Source: Octopus vulgaris (lineage: Eukaryota). Taken from it: a stretch of DNA of 64,000 nt. The stretch covers positions 41,664,001-41,728,000 of the forward strand of contig OX597835.1 in the NCBI GenBank assembly GCA_951406725.2. The letters run 5' to 3'. Under the pieces are notes generated by a model, which searched no databases, was not told where the DNA came from, and worked only from the letters and a program-made list of their open reading frames with translations. Of the stretch, positions 10,843 to 23,900 are shown in pieces (positions within the stretch are counted from its first letter, which is position 1; each line of letters begins with the position of its first letter). A program made the translations under genes and the position numbers.

Positions 10843-13800
10843 ATATGTGTGTGTGTGGGTTTGTGTTTGTCCCCCCAACAATGCTGGTATGTTTACGTCC
10901 TCGTTACTTAGCGGTTCGGCAAAAGAGACCGATAGAATAAGTACTGGGCTTACAAAGAATAAGTCCTGGGGTCAATTTGCTCGACTGAAAGGTGGTGTTC
11001 TAGCATGGCCGCAGTCAAATGACTGAAACAACTAAAAGAGTAAAAGAGTAATATGGTTACATAGGTAGAATAACAACTTACCGGATCTAATCCGTCACCA
11101 ATTCTGGAAGCTAAGAATACAGGTTCCTCTATGTATTGTTTAGGCCACTGATAAAAAAAAAACAAAAACAGAAACAATCATATTATCATTCAGAATCTTA
11201 TTTCTTTACTGCCCACAAGCGGGGACAAACAAAGACAGACACACAGAGGGGACAAACAAAGACAGACAAACGGATTAAGTCGATTATATCGACCCCAGTG
11301 TGTAACTGGTACTTATTTAATCGACCCCGAAAGGATGAAAGGCAAAGTCGACCTCGCCGGAATCTGAACTCAGAACGTAGCGGCAGACGAAATACTGCTT
11401 AGCATTTCGCCCGGCGTGATAATGATTCAGCCAATTCGCTGCCTTTTGATGGGAACTTGCCTGCTGAAGAGCTGCCCAGGCTCCATGTCTGTTTTGGCAG
11501 GGTTTCTACTGCAGGATGCCCTTCTTAACACCAACCACTTTACAGAGTGTACTGAGTGCTTACATGCAGCTCTGACCTCTAAAATGTATTCCAGACTGAC
11601 AAGCTACTCTACAACCCGTCATCAAATATTTCAGTTCTTCTGTCATCACTTCTGTGGAGTCTGACATCTGTCAGCATCACTTTTTCCTTACATTTTTCTT
11701 AGCCCTCTTCTTCCACAAGAATGCTACACTAACGATACTTTTTCCCCCAAACACTCAACCTGTGTATTCACCTGAGACAACGACACCAGCACAGTTGTTA
11801 CCTATGCATGCTCCACTTGGCATCTGTATTACATTAGCCAACCTCTCAGCTCATTTGCACTCTAGCTTCCATCATCATCATCATCATCATTTAACGTCCG
11901 CTTTCCATGCTAGCATGGGTTGGACGATTTGACTGAGGTCTGTCGAACCAGACTCCAATCTGATCTGGTAGAGTTTCTACAGCTGGATGCCCTTCCTAAC
12001 GCCAACCACTCTGAGAGTATAGTGGGTGCTTTTACGTGCCACCGGCACGAGGGCCAGTCAGGCAGTACTGGCAACTAATATTGTAGACTAATATTATATT
12101 ATATTATAATAATATATATTATATTTAGACTAATTATATATTATAATAATATTATATTTAGACTAATTATATTTAGACTAATATTATATTTTCATTGGAC
12201 CAGACTTACTTCATCTCTCTCTCCAGCATCTACAGATTTCCCCCACTTAATGCCAAAGTCTCACTACCATGCAGTATCGCATGTATGCAACATGTAGTTC
12301 CCTTCACATTAAAAAAAAAATAAGCCCTATTGTTACCTTGCCATAGTCTGGCAAGGGGTTTTGCAATGAACCCATCTGAAATAGTAACTAACAAATGTAT
12401 TTAGTTAGAAACCTGGGCAGGTCTGGAGCTTCAGTGCTCATGAAATATTAAATTTGAATTAACAAGGAGGGGGGGGGCTCTATGTGGTCATTCGACCTGC
12501 TAGAAACAACACCCATATCTCCTTCATATCACATCCTACTGTCTTAGAAGAAAGAACATGTCAGATGCCACCGAGAAAAACAGATGAAATGGTCCTGGTT
12601 GGAATACCTTTAATCAATAGGCTGGCACAATCAGCAAGTGATCAGGGTGGAGAGGCAAAGGAGGGAAACAATAACAAGAAATCTTACTTTATTGAACCCA
12701 AGAAGAAGGATGAAGGGCAGCATCAACCCGGGCAGCATTTGAACCCAAAACCACAAAGACTAGAAAGTTGTACACATTTAACATTCATTGTTCTATCCTT
12801 AGTTTGCATTCCGCTTTTCCAAGCTGGCATGGGTTGGATAAGACATCCTTACATGGTATTCGAAAGCAGGACATCCTTCTTAAAGCCAATCTTTTCAAGG
12901 GACCTGTTTCATTCCATGTCTTTGGAACATCAAATTATTGAGTTGAAAGCTTTTTTTTTTATTTTATGGACAACATAAACAGGTCATGCGTACGTGGGTG
13001 CACACACACACACACACACACACACAGAGGACAGACTCAGAGACACAGACTATCATACTTACAGACACATAGTCAGACATACTCAGACTAACAAAGACAC
13101 AGTTAGAGAGGCAGAGACAGACAGACTCACATACCATACAAAACAGACATATGCATGCACACGCACACACACAGATAGATAGAGAGACAGATACACGCAC
13201 ATGCACACACAGAGTGAGATTTCATAGGTTTTTCATAGAAAACTTTGACTCACAATCCAGGAATCAATACAGGCTGCACTGAACTTTTTAATCCCACAGC
13301 CGGTGCCCTACCACCCACAAATGGAAACAAAAACAAAAAAACAAACAAACAAAAAAAGGTGTTTTTTTTAAAAAAAAAACAGTTTGTGTCTTTGTTGTGA
13401 CAAGGTGTGACACAAAATGCACCTGGATAACCTAACTTGTTGCACTTAACATAAAAAAGAAAAAGATTAGATCCCGGATATCTCACAGCAATGGGCTTCT
13501 TGCCCCCCCCCCCCACTTCCTCTCCTTCTTTTGTGCCAATCACACATTCTACAAGTGATTGAGAAATAAGAAAAAAAAAAAAGAAAGAGAAAAAGGGAAC
13601 TGCCATTGTGAGCAGCTGGAATGCCTTGGATCATCATAGGTCTGTAGAATTAGCAGTGGCCTAGGGTTAAACCCTATTCTCCAATAAAAAGCTAACAAAC
13701 AAACATATAACCATCTTTGAGAAGTAATATTTCATTTGTTGTTGGTGTTTAACCCTGAGCAGTCCTATTGTCAAAGGCATTCCAGATATGACAATCCACC

Positions 13801-15386
13801 AGATATAGAGTAACTAATGTGTCCTTCCTTTTTTTATTTGTAGTAGGATAGAATTTGAGAAAGATTTACTGCTATTTCTAGCAGATTGAGCCAACTACAT
13901 AACGTTCCATAATTAAACATATTCATCCCGGTATGGCTATGTGGATTTTGGGTTCAATTTCACAGCCAGGCACCTTGGGCTGATCGAAGCTTTGTGAGAG
14001 GATTTGGTAGCTGGAAAGCCTGCCATAAGTCAAGGGAACTGGTTCTTTGTCCCAACATCCTCCTCCTCATCATTTAACATTCCTAGTACATCAACATCAA
14101 AATAAAAATTCAAATGGAAATTGTAGTTAAGACACCCATGCCGGTGACACGTAAAAAGCACCGTCTGAACATGGCAGACGCCAGCGCCGCCCGACTGGCG
14201 TCCATGTCAGTGACATATAAAAGCACCATCTAATTGTGGACGTTTGCCAGCCTGCTCTGGCCCCCGTGCCTGTGGCACGTAAAAAACACCCACTACACTC
14301 ACGGAGTGGTTGGCGTTAGGAAGGGCATCCAGCTGTAGAAACACTGCCAAATCAGATTGGAGACTGGTGCAGCCTCCATGGCTTCCAGATCCCGGTCGAA
14401 CCGTCCAACTCATGCTAGCGTGGAAAATGGACATTAAATGATGATGATGATTCCAGCCTGGCATGGATTGGATGGTTTGAGAAGATCTAAAGAGCTGGAG
14501 GACTGCACTGAGTTCCAACTTCTACTTTGGCATGGATTCTGCCAAAAACACTCAGTAGTACACTTCGAGTGTACTGAGTGTTTTGTTGTATGACCCCCAG
14601 CACAAGTGAGGTCACCAAGTAACTGGAGGGGAATGAGGGTATAGTGGAGAAGTGGCTTTGTGCTGGCTTTTGAAGGACATGCACATGTGTTTTCCTATAG
14701 AGGAGATACAAGGTTACCAAGAATTATGTGAGAGCGAGTAGCTAGAAGTAAAAAAAAACAAAAACTCTTTCCCTCTTTTGCAGAGCCACAACTAACAGGA
14801 ATTTGCTCTCTACCCACACCCAAGTACATCTGCACTGGTCAGTGACCTCAACTGTCTGTCACAGCTTACACAGGTCATTGGCTCCTGTTCCCCCTCTTTC
14901 TCCGAGTAGCTGTAATCTCTACATTAAACTGCGACTGCGTTGGTGTCGCAGCACAAAAGGCCATAAAGCATCCTACATGCGGCAGGTTTCCAACCCAACC
15001 AGCTGACGCATACGATAAACAAATCGATTACAAGTTAAACTTTCATTATCATTATAAAAAGAAACCACGATTATCCTTTCTACTATAGGTACAACAAGGC
15101 CTGAAATTCGTGGGGGGGGGAGGATGGTTGCTTACACTGACCCCAGTACACAACTGGTTTAACGACCCTAAAAGGATGAAAGGTTAAGTCAACCTCAGCG
15201 GAATTTGAACTCATAATGTAAAGAGGCGCAGGAGTGGCTGTGTGGTAAGTAGCTTGCTAACCAACCACACGGTTCCGGGTTCAGTCCCACTGCGTGGCAT
15301 CTTGTGCAAGTGTCTTCTGCTATAGCCCCGGGCCGACCAATGCCTTGTGAGTGAATTCAGTAGACGGAAACTGAAAGAAGCCTGTC

Positions 15387-15420
<34 letters not shown>

Positions 15421-17902
15421 ATGTTTGTATGTCTGTGTTTGTCCCCTTAGCATCGCTTGACAACCGATGCTGGTGTGTTTACGTCCCCGTCACTTAGCGG
15501 TTCAGCAAAAGAGACTGATAGAATAAGTACTGGGCTTACAAAAGAATAAGTCCCGGGGTCGATTTGCTCGACTAAAGGCGGTGCTCCAGCATGGCCACAG
15601 TCAAATGACTGAAACAAGTAAAAGAGAGAGAGAGTATGGAAGAAATGCAGTTGAGCATTTCGCCAGGTGTGATAACGATTCTATCAGCTTGCCGCCTTAA
15701 CCATAATAATAATAGTTTCAAATTCTAGCACAGGACCAGCAATTTTTGAAGGGAAGGGGTAAAGTCAATTACATTGACCCCAATACTTCACTGGTACCTA
15801 ATTTTATAGACCCCACCCGAAAGGATGAAAGACAAATGAAATGCTGTTAAGTATTTTGTCTGCTGTGTCATTGGTTCTGCCAGTTTGTCCCCTTAGACAT
15901 AAAACTAAACTGTCCCTCCATCGGTTATGATGACAAGGGTCCCAGCTGACCCCCGATTAACGGAACAGCCTGCTCATGGAATTAATAACATGCAAGTGGC
16001 TGAGCCCTCCTCAGACATACTCTCTTTACTCTTTTACTTGTTTCAGTCATTTGACTGTGGCCATGCTGGAGCACCGCCTTCAGTCGAGCAAATCGACCCC
16101 GGGACTTATTCTTTGTAAGCCCAGTACTTATTCTATCGGTCTCTTTTGCCGAACCGCTAAGTGATGGGGACGTAAGCACACCACCATCGGTTGTCAAGCA
16201 ATGCTAGAGGGACAAACACAGACACACAAACATATATAAATACACATATATACGACAGGCTTCTTTCAGTTTCCGTCTACTAAATCTACCCACAAGGCTT
16301 TGGTCGGCCCAAGGCTATAGCTGAAGACACTTGCCCAAGATGCCACGCAGTGGGACTGAACCCGGAACCATGTGGTTGATTAGCAAGCTACTTACCACAC
16401 AGCCACTCCTGTGTACCCTTAACGTAGTTCTCAGGGAGATTCAGTGTGACAGAGAATGTGACAAGGCTTGCCCTTTGAAATACAGGTACTACTCATTTTT
16501 GTCAGCTGAGTGGACTGGACTAACATGAAATAAAGGGTCCTGCTCAAGGACAAAGCACACTGCCAGGAATTGAACTCACCACCTTATGATCCTGAGCCTA
16601 ATACCCTAACCACTGTGCCTACACCATGCACCTCCACCTTAGATATAATAATAATGAAAAATTCATATTACAGGTGCAGGAGTGGCTGTGTGGTAAGTAG
16701 CTTGCTTACCAACCATATGGTTCCGGGTTCAGTCTCACTGCGTGGCACCTTGGGCATGTGTCTTCTATTATAGCCTCGGGCCGACCAAAGCCTTGTGAGT
16801 GGATTTGGTAGATGGAAACTGAAAGAAGCCCATCGCGCGCACGTGTGTGTGTTTGTGTTTATTCCCCCCAACATCGCTTGACAACCGACGCTGGTGTGTT
16901 TACATCCCTGTAACTTAGCGGTTCGGCATAAGAGACTGATAAAGTACTAGGCTTACAAAGAATAAACCTCGGGGCCGATTTGGTTGACTAAAGGCAGTGC
17001 TCCAGCATGGCCACAGTCAAATGACTGAAACAAGTAAAAGAGTCAAAAAAGAGTATCATTCAGCACCGCTTCGGATAGAAATGGACCTTCTGCACTCATT
17101 CTTTAATTTTTCTAAGCTGGCATGGGTTAGACACAGAGTTATTTGGGACAAGGTTTTACAGCTGGGTGCGCCTCCTGTCACCAAACCTTAACTGTTTTTC
17201 ATAATGTAAGGCATAGATTTTTTTTTCTTCTTATTTCAGAGGTTGTCAAAAATGTGAACAACTGGCTCACAATGTCAACAAAGAATGCCAACAACACCAG
17301 TGTCTCATTAAAGTGATGACAAGTGTAATATCAACACAAACAATATATATATGTAAAATTGAATAAGGGTAGAAATTGATATTAATCAATTAAAACCAGC
17401 GGCCTAACATATTAAAAAAATCCGAAGATTAAAATATTTTTACATACAAAATTTAAAGGAATGACCACTAAAAGTGGATGGTCAACATGCTAGATATAGA
17501 CATCAAAATCGCTATTTTCCACGAAGAATGTTTTCTCAAGAAAAAACTCAGCACAAAACCAAAGTGTAAAAAATAAGCAAGACAAATGAAAATATACGAA
17601 ATAAAAAACGATTCTTCGTAGAAAACAGTGATTTTGACGTCTATATCTAGCATATTGACTGTCCACTTTTAGTGGTCAGTCCTTTAAATTTATATATATA
17701 TATATATAAATTAAATTTATATATATATTAAATTTATATATATATATAAAACTAACTATAAAACTATAAAACTAACTTTTCCTCTCACACCGTCTCCGAT
17801 GAAGGGATATTATTATTAATTAATATCCTTGAAACAGCTGTAAGACCTTCTATCTATAAATGCTCTAATATCTATACAGCCCTAGCTTTTTATCTCATTA
17901 TG

Positions 17903-17986
<84 letters not shown>

Positions 17987-20900
17987 ATATGTATATATGT
18001 GGAGGCACAATGGCCCAGTGGTTAGGGCAGCAGACTCACAGTCATAGGATCGTGGTTTCGATTCCCAGACCGGGCGTTGTGAGTGTTTATTGAGCGAAAA
18101 CACCTAAAGCTCCACGAGGCTCCGGCAGGGGGTGGTGGCGATCCCTGCTGTACACTTTCGCCACAACTTTCTCTCACTCTTTCTTCTGTTGGCCTGCTCG
18201 CTTAGCCAGCGGGGTGGCGTCATTTGAAGGCTAAAACAATGCAAAGCGCATTGTGACCAGCGATGTGTAGTAGCATCTGATAGCCTGGTCGGTCACGGTG
18301 ATATATATATATGCAAAAGGCTTCTTGAAGTTTCTCTCTGCCAAATTTACTTGCTCGATGTGCTGTGTGTGTGTGTGTGTGTGTGTAGTGGTGGTGGTGG
18401 GCATGGCTGTGTGGTTAAGAAGTTTACTTCGCCAACCATATTAATTTCTGGTTCAGTCTCTGTGTGTGGCACTTTGGGGCAAGTGTCTTGTACTCTATCC
18501 CTGAGGAGCTGACTAAAGCTTTGTGATTTGGAAGACGGAAGCTGAAAGAAGACCACTGTATATGTATATTTTTGTGTGTGTGTGTGTGTGTGTGTGTATG
18601 CATCCATGTACTTGTGTCTGCTTGTTCGAACAATGCACAATAGCTGTGACTGACATTGTCCCACAAGCAGTCTTCTTGTTTTCCAGTCTTCTGCAAAAAC
18701 ATGTTTGGTCAAGGGGAAATATTATGTTTGGAAGGCAGCGAGCTGGCAGAAACGTTAGCACAGCAGGAGAAATGCTTAGCAGTATTTTGTCTGTCTTTAC
18801 GTTCAAATTCCACTGAGGTCGATTTTGCCTTTCATCCTTTCGGTGTCAATAATTAAGTACCAGTGACGCACTGGGGATCGATGTAATCGACTTAATCCGT
18901 TTGTCCCCTCTGTGTTTAGCCCCTTGTGGGTAGTAAAGAAATAAGTATTTTGTCTGTCTTTATGTTCTGAGTTCAAATTCCACTGAGGTCGACTGCCTTT
19001 CGTCCTTTCGGGGTCAATTAAATAAGTACCAGTTACATACTGGGGTCAATATAATCGACTTAATCCCTTTGTCTGTCCTTGTTTGTCCACTGTGTTTAGC
19101 CCCTTGTGGGTAGTAAAGAAATAAGTATTTTGTCTGTCTTTATGTTCTGAGTTCAAATTCCACCGAGGTTGATTTTGCCTTTCATCCTTTCGGGGTCAAT
19201 AAATTAAATACCAGTTGCATACTGGGGTCGATCTAATTGACTGACCTCTCCCCCAAAATTTCGGGCCTTGTACCTAGAGTAGAAAAGAATATCATGTTTG
19301 GAAACAGGTGAGGGTTGGTGGTAGGGGATCCAACCATAGAAAATCTACTTCAACAAACTGTCTGACCTGTGAAAGCATGGAAATATGTTAGAATGATTAA
19401 ACAATTCCATTAACAGCCACACATACATTGCTTGTAGCAACATCGGTTTTGTCTTAGCATTACAATTGAAGGAAGAGGCATTTTTTGTTGACTAAAATTG
19501 CAAAAACACTCACCCGGTCATTTAGTCTGATCCCTCCGACATCAAGTACGGCTTGTTCTAGCATCTGGTCTGACACACCGGAACTTAAAATGTGGCCAGG
19601 TTGACTCTGGGTCAAGTTCAATTGAAATAAGCGTTTCACCTCGCTCATCGTTAGAACGTAACGAGTATTTAGTTTATCTTTAACAAAAGACTGAAGTCCC
19701 TGGAGCACATCCTCTTTATGGTTAAATACATGATTATTAAAAGACACACTGCCTTTGCTGTTCCCCACCCCTGTCGAAGGTCTTAAACCACCTTCATTTG
19801 TAAAAGCACCATCACCAGTGATATCTAATATTTCCACACAGTTATCATCTAATCCATCCTTGTTTGCTGCTGCCCGGTCGGTACCCTCTGGCTCAATGTC
19901 ACTGTGGTCAGATATGCTTCGGCCGCTCATAGTCCGCTTCCGAGACTTGGTTGGTGTGCGAGGTTTCTTACATTTCTCCGGAGTGGTTTGCTCTGCAAGA
20001 AGATTGGAATGAAGGAGTTACAGCACAAAAATTCAGAATAAACAGGTCATCAAGACAATGGAAATCTCCACTGCATCACATAGATTAGGGATCTTACGGA
20101 ATGACCCTCTCTCTCTTTCGGAGAGGCACTGAGCAGCTGTACGCACACATACACACACGGCAGTAGCTCCCGCCTACCGTATTCAATCACAAAGCTTCGG
20201 TCGACTCGGGGCTATAGTGGAAGACACCTACCCAAAGTGCTACGCAGTGGGACTGAACCCAAAACCATGTAGCTAGGAAACAAGTTCCCTAACCACACAG
20301 CCATGCCCGCGCCAAAAACATTTCTCCAAATGTCATTGTAGCACAATTTGTAAACATTTAACAAAACCCCAAACAAACACAATCAGTTTGAGGTTAACCC
20401 TTTAGTGTTCTGATTATTCAATCAAACATAATGCCTATTGATTCAAATTAATCATGCATTATCTCATATCTTCAAGATCTTGATGGTGTAATTGCTTAAT
20501 GTAGAATAACATTGTAGGGTAGGTGTGAGAGCCTGGATCTGGTCAGTTTGAACATAAAACAGATTAACTATTTTGGCCGGTTTAAATACTAAAGGGTTAA
20601 TCTTTTTGATACCAGCCTGCATGAGACTGCCTTTCATTCTACGATACAAACTTTTTGTTTTAAAGTGGCCTCAATTAAAACCTTCCATCAAAATTTAATG
20701 TCAACTTATGTACCAAACACCAATTTAATAATGACAGAGTTATTTTACTAAATTCTTGATGATTTTGAGAATTAACTGAAATGGCACCAGTGACGTCACA
20801 ACTCATTTCTGCAGCTGAGGGAACTGGAGGAACATGAAATAAAGGGTCTTGCTCAAAAGCACAACACACGGCCTAGTTCAAGAATCGAACCTCACGATAG

Positions 20901-23900
20901 TGATAGTGAGCCCAACACTCTAACCACTAAGCTGTAAGGGAGGGAATAATGTAAGTTAGATAATGATGGGCAGTTATCATTTTGCATGTGAGGCGGGACC
21001 TGGTGACGAATGAAGGAATGATGTGAGTTGGCGGTTGGGTAAGAGATTTGTCATCGAAAGGTGATGGGAATTAGTGTGGTCTGTGTTAATTGGTGGCGTT
21101 AGGAAGGGCATCCAGCTGTAGAAGCCGTGTCAGACCAGATTGGAGCCTGGTACAGCCTCCTGGCTTGCCAGTCCTCAGTCAAACCGTCCAACCCATGCCA
21201 GCATGGAAAGCTAAGATGTATCAGCCTTTGCCTTTCCCTTGGATAACAACGGTGGCACGGAAAGGGAAGGCTGGCAACGTACCTGTTTTCAGTCAAACCG
21301 TCCAACCCATGCCAGCATGGAAAGTGGACGTTAAATGATTATATACACACACTCTCTCTATCTTTCTATCTCTCTCTCTCTCAACTTCTTTCAGTTAGTG
21401 TCTATTAAATCCACCATATTTATAGCCTTGGGCTATAGTAGGTGCCACAAGGTGGGACTGAACCTGAAACCATGTAATTGGGAAACAAACTCCTTAACCC
21501 CGTAGCCCTACATCAACATCTTTTAACAGCAAGACCCAAAAGGCTGGTCTTCTATAAAACAACCTTGCAAGTTAAGGGCTCGTTATCCATTATGTAGTAA
21601 ATATATAAACAGTGAAGACGCATGGCTCAGTGGTTAGAGAACCAGGCTCACAATCACGAGGTAGTGAGTTCAATTCCGGGACTGGGCTGCATATTGTATT
21701 CTTGAGCAAGACACTTTATTTCACATTGCTCCAGTTCACTCAGCTACTGAAATGAGTTGTGATGTCACTGGTACCGAGCTGTATCGGCCCCTTTGCCTTT
21801 CCCTTGGATAACATCAGTGGTATCTAAGGAGGGAGGCTGGTATGCACGGGCGACTGCTGGTCTTTCATAAACAACATTGCCCGGACTTGTGCCTCAGAGG
21901 GGAACTTCCCACAGGCAATCTCGTGGTCATTTGTGATCGAAGGGGGTCTTATATCTTCACTTACACCATTTGACCATCCAGTCTCACCCATCACAATCAT
22001 ACTCTTTCATTTATTCACTCTTCCTCCAATATAATTTACCATTTTACTAATTAACATCCCAACTAATTACAGTCCAATTAGTTTATCATTTGATGACGTA
22101 CCTTTATGTTTCTTCTCAATCTCTTTACAATTAATTTTCAGCTGTTTACATAAACTCTGGAACTTTGCTTCCCATAACACCTTCTGTCGTTGGATTATTT
22201 CCGGATATCTACAAAACAAGAACATTTATTAAGATTAATCTTCCTTATAAACACCACAAACAGTAGAAGCTGCTTATTGTTATCACATTCAAATGAGGTG
22301 GTTTTCATAACAACCAGCCGATGACATTAACCCATTTGATGCCAACATACTTAAGTATTTGGCATTCTGGCCTCTCATACCCGCCACCCCAAATAATCAT
22401 ATTCATTTCTTTATTGCCCACAAGGGGCTAAACATAGAGGGGACAAACAAAGACAGACAAGGGGATCAAGTCGAATACATGGACCCCAGTGATTTACTGG
22501 TACTTATTTAATCGACCCCGAAAGGATGAAATCAAAGTCGACCTCAGCGGAATTTGAACTCAGACTGTAGCGGCAGACGAATTATGGCTGCGCATTTCGC
22601 CCGGTGTGCTAACGGTTCTGCCAGCTTGCCGCCTTATTATTGAAATCTTGGCGCTACAAGTTGATGCATGATTAATTCAAAACAAAGGGAATAAATAAGC
22701 ATCACATTCGACAGAATAAACTGAATGCCAAAGGATTAATTAGGGCTCACCTGAAGTTTTAACAACGAAAATACAAACAAGCCAATGGAATGGGGGCTTT
22801 ATGTTGTCATTTGAGTTGCTAGAAATAGCACCAAATTTCTATCAAATCATACTCTGTCATCAGTACAATGCAGTCCTAGATGTTCTTTTATTTTTCTCTT
22901 TTACTTGTTTCAGTCATTTGACTGTGGCACTACCTTAAAGGGGTTTCTTTAGTCAAAGAAATCAACTCCAGGCGACACAGCAGTCAAAAATCGTAAAAAA
23001 TAGGGATTTTCATAGAAAAAAAAGCACCTTTTTGATGTAAATAATTTTTGGTCTTAACATGGTCCGATTTGAATTTTTTCTTCTATGGAAGGAAGAGCAA
23101 GCCTTCTTCTATCATACTCTCAATTTTGGTCAACTTGTGCCGCAGGATCTCGGAGGAGATAGTGTTAGTTGAAGGCTACCAAACCTGCCACACACACACA
23201 CAGACAACTTCAGCTTTATATGTATAGATTATCTCATAGCATCAATATTTTGATATAATTGTTTATTTTTAGAATGACATTGTAGGCTTGGTGTAAGAGA
23301 CTGGATCTGGTCAGTCTGAACATAAAACAGGTCGACTATTTTGGGCCGGATATGGCCAGTTTAAATGTTAAGAGGTTAAAACAAAGTAGTACAGGTAGTT
23401 TCAGGTAGGTTGGTATTAAAATGATTAAACTGCTGCAGAGTATGATTGTAAGGCAAACCAGTATGGAATTGAGAAATGGACTTCTTAATCATACAACCAC
23501 ACCTGAGCCAAATTGTAAAGAAATAAACAAGTTTAACCCTTTAGCATTCAGATTATTCTGTCAACTGTAACACTTTTTAATTCAAATTGTTTTTAATTAA
23601 TCCTGCATTATTTTGCAGCTTTGAAATTTTGATGATGTGACTCTCTTACTCTTTACTCTTTTACTTGTTTCAGTCATTTGACTGCGGCCATGCTGGAGCA
23701 CCGCCTTTAGTCGATCAAATCGACCCCGGAACTTATTCGTTTTAAGCCCAGTATTTATTCTATCGGTCTCTTTTGCCGAACCGCTAAGTTACAGGGACGT
23801 AAACACACCAACATCGGTTGTCAAGCGATGTTGGTGGGACAAACACAGACACACGAACATATACACACATATATATACACATATACGATGGGCTTCTTTC

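Noticed and set aside
12484-12978. 164-aa ORF and the many 60-130 aa ORFs rich in CV, YI or HT
   Set aside because: They are translations of SINE fragments and microsatellites with no domain signal
18001-18075. tRNA gene (also the other SINE heads)
   Set aside because: A and B boxes are present, but the sequence runs into a repeated SINE body and has no proper acceptor stem
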